Shown one piece after another: positions 41,526 to 50,534 of a DNA stretch of 53,839 nucleotides (positions are counted from its first letter, which is position 1; the number at the start of each line of letters is the position of its first letter). A program made the position numbers and the translations under genes. Location: assembly GCA_017445365.1 (NCBI GenBank), contig JAFSUH010000175.1, forward strand, positions 1 to 53,839, read 5' to 3'. Source of the stretch: Kiritimatiellia bacterium. GTDB taxonomy: Bacteria; Verrucomicrobiota; Kiritimatiellia; CAIQIC01; Lenti-01. The notes under the pieces are model-generated. The model was not told where the DNA came from, did no database searches, and saw nothing but the letters and a program-made list of their open reading frames with translations.

Positions 41526-43058
41526 TTATTTCCGCAACCGACACATGATTCCGAAAGTGATATTTCTTATCAACCCGCGCTCGACATGCGAAAGTGCAAA
41601 CGTATATGTTCCAAATAAAATGGATAAAGATGTAGCAATTCCAACACGCAACACCCGCCACAAGGATGCAGTCATAAAATAGTGAAGTGGGTATGCCAGC
41701 CAAAATGCGCCTAACAATGTCGTGCACATTGGGAAAAAACACTTCACGAAATAAGCAACTACCGGATACCCGACAAGGGTGCGGGCAAAATAAAGGCGGA
41801 CAGCCAAGCAGCACATTTCAATGACGACTGTCGAAAACAGCACTGCATATGGCTGGAATCCCGTCCGCATGAGCATGTAGGCGATTGGAAGGTTCAGGAT
41901 GAGGACACAGGACAACGCGAGGCGGTATGCCTTAATTTTTCCGCCGGCATCAATGGACAGCGCCACGCCGGACGAAAATTGGAACAGAAGTTGGCAAAGC
42001 AAAATCAGCCTGCAAAAGGGAACGGTGTATTCCGGGATGTTGTCGCCCAGCCAAAGGGCCAGCAGGCTCCGCATTTCAATGATGGCCGGGATGGCCATCA
42101 GGCCAAAAACGAGCGTTGCGACCTTGACCAGGGAAAACGACATGGCCAAGGAGACGTCGCGTTGATTGGCGCCTTCCTTCTGCATCAACTGGGGGGCGAT
42201 GGCCTTTTGAATGCTGGATGTGAACGACGACAGCAAGCCGTTGATTTGGTTGGCGACGCCATAGGCCGCATTGATGGCCGTTCCCTTGAACAGGTTCAAT
42301 ATGATGGCAATGCCTTGGTTTTTCCCCATCATGGCGACGGACCCGAAAGCGGACCATCCGGCATAGGACACCATTTCCTGAAACAGGCTTCTTTCAACCG
42401 GGGCATGGAAATCAATGCGAATGGCTCGGTATCTCGAACGGACAATTTTCCACTTCAAGAAGGTCGCCGCAATGTAGATGGAGGCCATGCCGATTCCGTA
42501 GAAGAGCAATTTGTCCCATGCGACATAAAAAAGGAAAAATGCCAAAAGAAGTTTTCCAAAAGCCTCCGCGACAAAGATGAGGGAGATGGCCAGCATGTTT
42601 TCGTAGGCATTGAGGGCGGCATCGTACGGCACGGCCAAAATGGAGAAGAATGTGCTGACGACCATGAATTGATAGATCCACTTTGCGGCTACGATGCGTT
42701 CGGGCCGGATATTGAGGAACCCGTTGAACAAGAAGAGCGCGCACACCTCCATGAAAATGGCGATGAGAACGGCAAGGCACAAGTGGATTCTGATGCTTGC
42801 ATTGTACACCGCATTGAGTTTCCCGGCGTCTTTCATCCCCATCGTGACGGACATGTAGCGCTGACTGGCAACCGTCATGGAGGAATTGAGGAACGCGAGC
42901 ATGACCACGACGCCCGCGACGAGATTGTAAAGGCCGTAATCCGAAACGCCCAGCGCGCGAAGGGTTACGGGAACCGTCCAAAGCGAAAGCACCATGCAAA
43001 CGATGATTTTTGCATACAGGATGCCGGTGTTGAGGATGATGCGGTTCCCGGCCTTCAT
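41526..43058 (-). CDS. wzx: Wzx-type polysaccharide flippase (MOP superfamily)
   Basis: 510 aa with about 12-14 TM helices. N-terminal ILNTGILYAKIIV... pattern. Confidence 0.85.
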   Translation of the reverse strand: MKAGNRIILNTGILYAKIIVCMVLSLWTVPVTLRALGVSDYGLYNLVAGVVVMLAFLNSSMTVASQRYMSVTMGMKDAGKLNAVYNASIRIHLCLAVLIAIFMEVCALFLFNGFLNIRPERIVAAKWIYQFMVVSTFFSILAVPYDAALNAYENMLAISLIFVAEAFGKLLLAFFLFYVAWDKLLFYGIGMASIYIAATFLKWKIVRSRYRAIRIDFHAPVERSLFQEMVSYAGWSAFGSVAMMGKNQGIAIILNLFKGTAINAAYGVANQINGLLSSFTSSIQKAIAPQLMQKEGANQRDVSLAMSFSLVKVATLVFGLMAIPAIIEMRSLLALWLGDNIPEYTVPFCRLILLCQLLFQFSSGVALSIDAGGKIKAYRLALSCVLILNLPIAYMLMRTGFQPYAVLFSTVVIEMCCLAVRLYFARTLVGYPVVAYFVKCFFPMCTTLLGAFWLAYPLHYFMTASLWRVLRVGIATSLSILFGTYTFALSHVERGLIRNITFGIMCRLRK

Positions 43059-43315
43059 GTGGCCCTCCCTGCTATATGAATTGCCTCCGATACTGTAGCC
43101 CGAACAAGATTGGCATCAACATTGCGCTTGAAAAGCGTTTGCCTATGCCAGCTAGTTGCCGGATAGCAGACCGTCTGCCATGCCGTTGCCACCACATGTT
43201 GGAAACTGTGAATCATCTCCTCCCCCCCTATTCCCCGCCCTGCCGCTGTCATGTTCGCCTTCATTTGTGCCGCGACTCTACCCCCCTCTCTCCCCCAATT
43301 CCAGCTCGCATTGCA

Positions 43316-43687
43316 TCACAGTAAAGGATACCGGAGCCGGAAAACCCCGGCGACCTCTCTGCCGTCGAGGCGCGCACGGTGTACATGCCCTTCTCCACTA
43401 ACATCTTCGCCATCGGTGGCGATCAGTCGCACCCCGGGTTTCAACGCGCTCTGCACTGGTGCAAAGAACACGGAAAGAAAGCCGTTCGGCTTCCCCGTAC
43501 GCCGGGGATTTGTTCCTCTGCCATCAAAAACCAATTGGAATTCCTGCGGTAAAACCGCCTCCAATCGCATAAAGAACGTGTACCCAGGCAATAGGGCATG
43601 AAAATCGATTTGGCATGTTGCGGAAAGAGAGTTTGTCGCTTCTATGGACATCGCATCATGAAGATGGACAAAGAATTGCTTGCTCAT
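43316..43687 (-). CDS. hypothetical protein (123 aa)
   Basis: In-frame ATG (MSKQFFVHLHD...) preceded by AAGGAGGAGGGA. No family recognised. Confidence 0.45.
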   Translation of the reverse strand: MSKQFFVHLHDAMSIEATNSLSATCQIDFHALLPGYTFFMRLEAVLPQEFQLVFDGRGTNPRRTGKPNGFLSVFFAPVQSALKPGVRLIATDGEDVSGEGHVHRARLDGREVAGVFRLRYPLL

Positions 43688-43761
43688 TCCCTCCTCCTTC
43701 TCGCCCTTGTCTACCACCGCCGTCGCATCATTCGCATGCTTGCCGCCTTCCGAAAGACACC

Positions 43762-43838
43762 CCGCGCGGCCTGATTCGGCCGAAAGTTGCCCGAAATCAA
43801 GTTTCTTTGTTTCGAGAAAGTTGTTTTGTTGCATTTTG
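43762..43838 (+). repeat. repeat A, copy 1 (77 bp, identical to 45601-45677) upstream of ATPase 1
   Basis: ccgcgcggcctgattcggccgaaagttgcccgaaatcaagtttctttgtttcgagaaagttgttttgttgcattttg. Confidence 0.95.
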
Positions 43839-43902
43839 TATGAAATACCGTAATACAACTTCCCGGATTGCTTAAATTTTCGGCGAATGCCACAATCCCG
43901 GC

Positions 43903-45081
43903 ATGTTGATTGCACGCCAAATGGAAGCTGCCATGAGAGCCTCGGCGGAAGAGTATCCCGTCCTGACCGTTGTCGGCCCCCGTCAATCGGGAAAAACGAC
44001 TTTGGTCAGGACTCTCTTTCCATCGAAACCCTATCAAACGCTGGAAACACCCTCCACCCGCCTCCGCGCGGAAAGCGATCCCCAGGGGTTTCTGGCATCG
44101 TTTCCCGATGGGGCCATCCTCGATGAAGTCCAGCGCGTGCCCTCCCTCCTTTCCTACATCCAAGGCATCGTGGACGAAAAGAACCGGAACGGACTTTTCG
44201 TTTTGACGGGGTCCGCCAACCTTCTTTTGATGCAAAACGTCAGCCAGTCCTTGGCCGGGCGATGTGCCGTATTCACCCTTTTGCCCTTCAGTCTCGCCGA
44301 AGCGGCGGGCGTTCTTCCCTCCGACTCCCCGCTTTCCGCCATCCTTTGCGGGGGCTATCCCCGCCTTCTTGTCCGGGGCATGGGACGCCCGCGTTTCTTC
44401 GCCAACTACATCGACACCTATGTCGAGCGCGACATCCGCCAACTTCTCAACATCAAGAACACGCTTCTTTTTTCGCGATTCCTGCGCCTTCTGTCCGGGC
44501 GGGTCGGATCGCTCCTCGATCGCACGTCGCTCGCGAACGATTGCGGCATCTCGACGAAAACCGTCGCTGAATGGTTTTCCGTCCTCCAAGCTTCCTCCAT
44601 CTGCTTTCTTCTCCCTCCTTGGCATGACAACCGCGGCAAGCGCCTTGTCAAAACCCCGAAAATCTACTTCCACGACACCGGCCTGGCCTGTGCCTTGGCC
44701 GGAATCGAAACCGAGCGGCAGCTCGAACGCGATCCGCTCCGCGGCGGGCTTTTCGAAAACTTGATTGTTTTGGAAGCTTTGAAGCGCGCCCTCAACGCCG
44801 GTCGGAAACCCGATTTGTATTTCTACCGGGATGCCAACGGTGTCGAAATCGATCTTGTCGAACAGCGGGCGGGATGTCTCCATCCCGTCGAAATCAAGTC
44901 TTCGGCGACTTTCCATCCCGATTTTTGCAAATCCCTCTTCACCTTTGCCGCCCGCCATCCCGGACGTTGCGATTCGCCGTCCCTCGTCTATGGCGGGAGG
45001 GAACGTTTCATCCACAAGGGCGTTTCCGTCCTGCCTTTCGCAAATGCGTTTCCGCCGCTCTCCGAAGCGCCGGATGCATGA
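43903..45081 (+). CDS. AAA ATPase, AAA_14 + DUF4143 type (paralog 3)
   Basis: GPRQSGKTT, AILDEVQ, LTGSANLLLMQNVSQSLAGR. C-terminal VEIDLV...HPVEIKSS is a PD-(D/E)xK-like pattern. Confidence 0.85.
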   Translation: MLIARQMEAAMRASAEEYPVLTVVGPRQSGKTTLVRTLFPSKPYQTLETPSTRLRAESDPQGFLASFPDGAILDEVQRVPSLLSYIQGIVDEKNRNGLFVLTGSANLLLMQNVSQSLAGRCAVFTLLPFSLAEAAGVLPSDSPLSAILCGGYPRLLVRGMGRPRFFANYIDTYVERDIRQLLNIKNTLLFSRFLRLLSGRVGSLLDRTSLANDCGISTKTVAEWFSVLQASSICFLLPPWHDNRGKRLVKTPKIYFHDTGLACALAGIETERQLERDPLRGGLFENLIVLEALKRALNAGRKPDLYFYRDANGVEIDLVEQRAGCLHPVEIKSSATFHPDFCKSLFTFAARHPGRCDSPSLVYGGRERFIHKGVSVLPFANAFPPLSEAPDA

Positions 45082-45244
45082 TTGCCTTGCCCTGTGCACG
45101 CTTTCCCGTTTCGTCCATCTCCGGAACGATTCCGCGCATTCCACGATCCGTCATTCCCTTTCGAGCATCCTGTTTCGACTTCCTTTCGACGAAACATTGG
45201 TTCGGGACGAAGACCATGCTAGAGGGGGCAGGCCCCGACGGGAA

Positions 45245-45372
45245 GGTTCGCGGCGGGAAAGACCATCTTGAAAGGCATCGCATGAAAGCATTGATCTTGA
45301 ATTCCGGGCTGGGCAGTCGCATGGGCGTGCCCACGTCCGAACACCCCAAGTGCATGACGGAGGTTCCGCCGC
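45245..45372 (+). pseudogene. repeat B, copy 1: duplicated, diverged 5-prime end (leader plus first 30 codons) of the PEP-mutase fusion gene
   Basis: ATG at 45282 reads MKALILNSGLGSRMGVPTSEHPKCMTEV, then diverges into junk. 117/128 nt identical to 47017-47144. Confidence 0.7.
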
Positions 45373-45600
45373 GTTTTGCGGGACAGGGCAACTGCGAGCT
45401 CCTCTTTCCCTTGCCGAAATTTTATTCGAACTTTTTCGGCTTGAACCGAAGAAATGCCGACTCGGTCGGGAATCGCGGCCGGAATCCCGTCAGGGAAAAC
45501 ATTTGATGCTGCCTGTCCCTTTCGGCGTTCCATGGCCTTTCCGGGCAATGAATGCTGAAATCGTTGCCTTTGGAGCATATGAGGGGAAAACTTGTTTGGT

Positions 45601-45677
45601 CCGCGCGGCCTGATTCGGCCGAAAGTTGCCCGAAATCAAGTTTCTTTGTTTCGAGAAAGTTGTTTTGTTGCATTTTG
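45601..45677 (+). repeat. repeat A, copy 2 upstream of ATPase 2
   Basis: 77/77 identical to 43762-43838. Confidence 0.95.
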
Positions 45678-45718
45678 CAAAACGCGCCGCTAGTGTACCC
45701 GCGGCAGGAAACACCGAG

Positions 45719-46867
45719 ATGAATGCAAATCCTTTCGTTTACGGGAAAGAAGTGGCCGGGGAGAATTTCTACGACCGCCGGGAAGATTTTTCCCGGCTGG
45801 TTTCGACCTTGGAGGGAGGGGCGGCCAATGTCGTCCTGTATGCGCCCCGGCGCTACGGCAAGACGTCGCTGGCGAAAAAAGCGCTCGGCGAACTGGCACG
45901 GCGGGGCTTCCGGTGCGTTTATTTCGATTTCATGCGCGTGGAATCCGTCCCGAAATTCTGCGAGGCCTATGCTTCTTCCGTGTATGCACTGGAACGAGGG
46001 ACCGTGCGCGCCATGCGCAGGATCGGGAAAACCCTCTCGGCATTGCGTCCCCGCTTCACCGTCGGCGACGACGGGAAGCCCGCCCTCGAACTCGACTTGG
46101 GCGTGAAGCCGACGGTCGCGACCCTCGAAGAAACGCTCGACCTTCCAGAAAGGCTGGCCGACCCGAAACATCCCGTGGTCGTGGCCTTCGACGAATTCCA
46201 GGAAATCGGCACGCTATCCCCGTCCCTTCCTCTCGAGGGCGTTTTCCGCGGCTGCATCCAACGCCACCGCCTGGTCCGCTATTTGTTCCTGGGCAGCAAA
46301 ACCCACATGATCAAGCGGATGTTCGCCGATCGTTCCCGTCCGTTCTACAATTCCGCGGCCATCCAACGTCTGGACGTGCCCTCCGGGGAGGAGTCGGCGG
46401 CCTTCGTCGAAGCGCGATTCGCGTCCGTGGGGATGCGAATCGAAAAGGATGCCGTCCAAACCGTGCTGGAAATGTCCAAGGGGATTCCCTACTACGTCCA
46501 AGCCCTGTCCGCCCTGTCCTTTGAGGAAGCGGTGGCCGCTCCGGTCCGGCATCCGGTGTGCGTTGGCGATGTCGAATCGGCTGCAAGGCGTTTGCTCGAA
46601 TCCAAGAGCGATGTTTACGAAAGCGTTCTCCAAGCCCTCTCCGCGTCGCAACGGACCCTTCTTGCGGCACTTGCGCGCAAGCCCGTCCGGCGCTTCGATG
46701 CGGGTTTCCGCGCCGCCAACGGAATCGGAACGTTGTCCGGGCTTCATTCCGCACTGGCCGTGCTGCTTGAAAAAGGCCATGTGGAAGCCACCCTGCGCGG
46801 ATATGAAATCGGCGATCCGTTTTTTGCCCGCTATCTCACGGAGTCCGTATTCCATGTCATTGAATGA
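45719..46867 (+). CDS. ATP-binding protein of the archaeal-type ATPase (PF01637-like) family
   Basis: NPFVYGKEVAGENFYDRREDFSRL, Walker A APRRYGKTS, Walker B VVAFDEFQE. Probable C-terminal wHTH region. Confidence 0.8.
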   Translation: MNANPFVYGKEVAGENFYDRREDFSRLVSTLEGGAANVVLYAPRRYGKTSLAKKALGELARRGFRCVYFDFMRVESVPKFCEAYASSVYALERGTVRAMRRIGKTLSALRPRFTVGDDGKPALELDLGVKPTVATLEETLDLPERLADPKHPVVVAFDEFQEIGTLSPSLPLEGVFRGCIQRHRLVRYLFLGSKTHMIKRMFADRSRPFYNSAAIQRLDVPSGEESAAFVEARFASVGMRIEKDAVQTVLEMSKGIPYYVQALSALSFEEAVAAPVRHPVCVGDVESAARRLLESKSDVYESVLQALSASQRTLLAALARKPVRRFDAGFRAANGIGTLSGLHSALAVLLEKGHVEATLRGYEIGDPFFARYLTESVFHVIE

Positions 46868-47053
46868 ATTCCCGTCTCGCATCGGGCCTCCTCCCGTTCT
46901 GCTGCTTTTGCGCAGCTCTTGCGGACGCGTTTGTACTTTTGTCCGTTCCACTCCTTCGCAAAAAATTGTTTCGAGCGGGAGAGAATGCCGGGGGAATCGG
47001 ATTCTCCTGCAGGCAGGGTTCGCGGCGGGAAAGACCATCTTGAAAGACATCGC

Positions 47054-49066
47054 ATGAAAGCATTGATTTTGAATTCCGGTCTCGGTTCCCGCATGGGCGT
47101 GCTCACTTCCGAACACCCCAAGTGCATGACGGAGGTTTCGCCGCGGGAGACCATCCTCTCCCGGCAACTGAACCAGCTGGCGGAAGTCGGCATCACGGAC
47201 GTGGTGATGACGACCGGCCCCTTCGACGGGGTGCTCGAAAACTACTGCCGCTCGCTCGACCTGCCGCTGGACATCCGGTTCGTCAAGAACCCCGTGTACG
47301 ACAAGACGAACTACATCTACTCCATCCATTGCGCGCGGGAACTCCTGCTCGACGACGACATCCTCTTGATGCACGGCGACCTCGTTTTCGAAAACGAGGT
47401 TCTCGACATGCTTCTGGCCGCCCCCGGCTCCGCGATGGCCGTTTCCTCCACCCTGCCGCTCCCCGAAAAGGACTTCAAGGCGGTCGTCCGCGACGGCATG
47501 GTGCAGAAGGTCGGCACCGGGTTTTTCGGGGAAGGGGCGATGGCGGCCCAGGCGCTTTACAAGCTCGACCGGGCCGATTGGCGGCTCTGGCTCGACAAAA
47601 TCGCGGCTTTCTGCGAGGCCGGAAACACCGGCGTCTACGCCGAAAACGCCCTGAACGAACTCGACGGGGCCGCCAACATCCGCGCGTGCGACGTTCGCGA
47701 CCTCCTGTGCGCGGAAATCGACAACCCCGACGACCTCGCCGCCGTTTCCGCCAAGCTCGCCGCCGTCGAATCGCGCACCGTGTACGCGGTTTTCTCGACC
47801 GACATCCTCCACGGCGGGCACGTCGCCATCCTCCGCAAGGCCGCGCGCCTCGGTCGCGTCATCGTGGGGGTCCTTTCCGACGAAGCCGTCGTCGCGTACA
47901 AGCGCTTCCCGCTCGTTCCCGCCGCGGAACGAAAGAAACTTTTCGAGAGCATCGCGGGCGTCTGGAAGGTGGTGGACCAGCGGACGCTTTCCTACCGGGA
48001 AAACCTTGCAAAGTACCGCCCCGACATCGTGGTCCACGGCGACGACTGGTGCCAGGGCTTCCAGAAGCCCGTCCGCGACGAAGTGGTGGCCTTGCTTGCC
48101 GGATACGGCGGCCGTCTCGTGGAGTTTCCGCATTCCGACGCGCCCGAATACCGCGAAATGGAAGCGCGCGCCCGCGCCGAACTCTCCCTCCCCGACATCC
48201 GCCGCGCCCGGCTCAGGAAGACCCTCGAAATGAAGGGGTTCGCGACCGCGATGGAAGCGCACAGCGGCATCACCGGGCTTATCGTCGAAAAGACCAAGGT
48301 GTACCAGGACGGCGGCACGCACCAGTTCGACGCGATGTGGGTTTCCTCGCTCTGCGACTCCACCGCGAAGGGCAAGCCCGACATCGAGCTGGTGGACATG
48401 ACCAGCCGCTTCCGCACCATCGACGACATCATGGAAGTGACGACCAAGCCCATCATCTTCGACGGCGACACCGGGGGACTCGCCGAGCACTTCGTCTACA
48501 CGGTCCGCTCGCTGGAACGGATGGGCGTCTCCATGGTCATCATCGAGGACAAGACGGGGCTCAAGAAGAACTCGCTCTTCGGGATCGAAGTCGCCCAGAC
48601 GCAGGACAGCATCGAAAACTTCTCCGCGAAGATCCGCGCCGGGAAGAAAGCGCAAAAAACGCGGGATTTCATGATTTGCGCGCGCATAGAGTCGCTCATC
48701 CTCGAGCGCGGCATGGAAGACGCGCTGGCGCGGGCATCCGCTTTCGTCGAAGCCGGAGCGGATGCCATCATGATCCACTCGCGCAAGAAAGACCCTTCCG
48801 AAATCAAGGAGTTCATCCGCCTCTTCCGCGAAAAGGACCCGACCACGCCCATCGTGCTGGTGCCGACCTCGTTCAATTCCGTGACCGAAGAGGAATGGAA
48901 GGCTCTCGGCGCGAACATCGTGATTTACGCGAACCAGCTCACCCGCACGGGCTTTCCGGCGATGCAGAACGCGGCCAAAACCATCCTCGAACACCACCGG
49001 GCGAAGGAATGCGACGCGATGTGCATGTCCATCAAGGACATCATCACGCTCATTCCCGAAGAGTAG
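47054..49066 (+). CDS. pepM: three-domain protein: LicC/PntC-like nucleotidyltransferase + HxGH cytidylyltransferase + phosphoenolpyruvate mutase
   Basis: N-terminal MKALILNSGLGSRMG (GxGxR NTP-transferase). Middle VYAVFSTDILHGGHVAILRKA (HxGH). C-terminal PEP mutase with IIEDKTGLKKNS (EDKxxxxxNS signature). Confidence 0.88.
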   Translation: MKALILNSGLGSRMGVLTSEHPKCMTEVSPRETILSRQLNQLAEVGITDVVMTTGPFDGVLENYCRSLDLPLDIRFVKNPVYDKTNYIYSIHCARELLLDDDILLMHGDLVFENEVLDMLLAAPGSAMAVSSTLPLPEKDFKAVVRDGMVQKVGTGFFGEGAMAAQALYKLDRADWRLWLDKIAAFCEAGNTGVYAENALNELDGAANIRACDVRDLLCAEIDNPDDLAAVSAKLAAVESRTVYAVFSTDILHGGHVAILRKAARLGRVIVGVLSDEAVVAYKRFPLVPAAERKKLFESIAGVWKVVDQRTLSYRENLAKYRPDIVVHGDDWCQGFQKPVRDEVVALLAGYGGRLVEFPHSDAPEYREMEARARAELSLPDIRRARLRKTLEMKGFATAMEAHSGITGLIVEKTKVYQDGGTHQFDAMWVSSLCDSTAKGKPDIELVDMTSRFRTIDDIMEVTTKPIIFDGDTGGLAEHFVYTVRSLERMGVSMVIIEDKTGLKKNSLFGIEVAQTQDSIENFSAKIRAGKKAQKTRDFMICARIESLILERGMEDALARASAFVEAGADAIMIHSRKKDPSEIKEFIRLFREKDPTTPIVLVPTSFNSVTEEEWKALGANIVIYANQLTRTGFPAMQNAAKTILEHHRAKECDAMCMSIKDIITLIPEE

Positions 49067-49073
49067 GGCGCGG

Positions 49074-49115
49074 CGGGACCGCCCGTTTGCGTTGCACGCC
49101 GCGGGCGCGGTCCCG
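49074..49115. terminator. hairpin between the convergent pepM fusion and ATP-grasp genes
   Basis: cgggaccgc (49074-49082) pairs with gcggtcccg (49107-49115). Confidence 0.35.
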
Positions 49116-49116
49116 G

Positions 49117-50055
49117 TCAGGGGAGGGGAGGCATGGCGAGGAGGTCGCCAAATGCGAGGTCCTTTTCCGGCGGGAAGAAACATTCCAAGCCGCTGCCGTG
49201 GTAGAAGGTCAGTTCCCCGAAGTACACCTTCCCGCCCACGTGGAACAGGTCCACCCGGACGTACGGCCAGCCCGCCGAAAGCGTCCGCGCGATGTCCGCC
49301 ATCTCCTCCAGCGCCGCGGGCCGCGGCACGTCCGGCCCGTTCGGCCACTTGGGCGAGCCGTCCGCCTCCGTTTCGCACCACAAAAACGGCTGTTTTTGCC
49401 ACTGCAAATCGTAGAAATTCCGCTTGTGGGCGGTTTCGCGGTCCAAATCGACCTGCACGGCCGCCACTTCGCCCGCAAAACAGTGGAATTTGTAGTCTTT
49501 CGGAAGCGCCCCGTCCCCTTCCAGCAGCAATTTTTCCGCCGTGATGCGCGGAACCACCCCGCGGTACGGCCACTCGCGCGAAATCGCCGCGTGGTTTTCC
49601 TTCATCCAGCGCGCAAGTGTTTTCTTGATTTCGCGCCCGTCCTCTTTCGCCTTGTCGCGGACGATCCAGTTCTGCCCGCTTCCGTGGTTGACTTTGAGTA
49701 CGAAAGCGTCCGGCAAGGCGTCAAACGAAACCTCCCGCGCCTTTTCCCAGACGCCCAACAGCGGAACCAGGTGTTTTTCGCCGATTTTCCCGGCGACAAC
49801 TGCGCGGACGGCGTACTTGTCCACCAGCCGCGTCATGTCCGGCCTGCGGAAACGCGTTTTGAGGACGTTGAGCTTTTCGTTGAGCGTCCGGGGGTGTTCC
49901 CAATCGAGCGGGCAGCCAAAAACGCGCTCGAAATCGTGCGAAACGGCGCTTTCGTCGCTCCGCCAGCCGCCGAGGAGCCACCAGTCGCGGGCGTGCAACA
50001 GCGCCGCGAGGCCGGGAATCCGTTCGGCCCGTTTCCGCCATGCCGCGCGCGTCAT
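49117..50055 (-). CDS. TupA-like ATP-grasp amidoligase family protein
   Basis: In-frame ATG overlapping the ruvX stop (ATGA). NEKLNVLK...DKYAVR..V...G...LVPLLGVW...LP..FVLKVNHGSG.N....DYKFHCF.G......VDLDR...H.RNFYD pattern recalled for the ATPgrasp_TupA family. Confidence 0.75.
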   Translation of the reverse strand: MTRAAWRKRAERIPGLAALLHARDWWLLGGWRSDESAVSHDFERVFGCPLDWEHPRTLNEKLNVLKTRFRRPDMTRLVDKYAVRAVVAGKIGEKHLVPLLGVWEKAREVSFDALPDAFVLKVNHGSGQNWIVRDKAKEDGREIKKTLARWMKENHAAISREWPYRGVVPRITAEKLLLEGDGALPKDYKFHCFAGEVAAVQVDLDRETAHKRNFYDLQWQKQPFLWCETEADGSPKWPNGPDVPRPAALEEMADIARTLSAGWPYVRVDLFHVGGKVYFGELTFYHGSGLECFFPPEKDLAFGDLLAMPPLP

Positions 50056-50522
50056 GGCATCGGCCCGTGCGCGTCGAGATACGACTGGAGGATGACCTGC
50101 GCGGCGAGCTTGTCGACGACGGCGCTCCGCTTTTCGCGGCGGGTGCCCGCGGCAATCAACACGCTTTCGGCAATCTTGGTCGAAAGCCGTTCGTCCCACG
50201 TCTCGACCGGCAAGTCCGTGCGCTTGCGCAGTTCGTCGAGGAATTTCCGGGTCGCCGCGATGCGCGGTCCCTCGCCGCCGGACATGTCGAGCGGCCAGCC
50301 GATGACGATTTTTCCGGCGCCTTCGGCCGCGGCGTATCGCGCGACGGCGGCGGCGGCCTGGTCGGCGCGCGTGCATTCCAGGGTCGTCCGCGGGAAGGCG
50401 ATGCAGGCGATCTCGTCGCTCATGGCGAGGCCCGTCCGCCGTTCGCCGTAATCGACGCCCAGCACGCGGCCGCTCCCCCGGGAAGCCGGGCTTTCCGGAG
50501 GGACGGGGGAAGCGGGGGCCAT
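50052..50522 (-). CDS. ruvX: Holliday junction resolvase-like nuclease RuvX (YqgF)
   Basis: VLGVDYGERRTGLAMSD, IVIGWPLDMSG, WDERLST, VDKLAAQVILQSYLD. Confidence 0.85.
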   Translation of the reverse strand: MAPASPVPPESPASRGSGRVLGVDYGERRTGLAMSDEIACIAFPRTTLECTRADQAAAAVARYAAAEGAGKIVIGWPLDMSGGEGPRIAATRKFLDELRKRTDLPVETWDERLSTKIAESVLIAAGTRREKRSAVVDKLAAQVILQSYLDAHGPMP

Positions 50523-50534
50523 CGGGGGACGATG

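Noticed and set aside
45282-45506. ORF fragment starting MKALILNSGLGSRMG at 45282 as a functional small nucleotidyltransferase
   Set aside because: Homology to the full-length gene stops after about 30 codons, and the remainder is unrelated sequence ending in a stop. I treat it as a duplicated gene fragment.
49232-49247. Third parS site (ccgcccacgtggaaca) inside the ATP-grasp gene
   Set aside because: Only the right half-site matches, with 4 mismatches in the left half. It is likely a chance occurrence.
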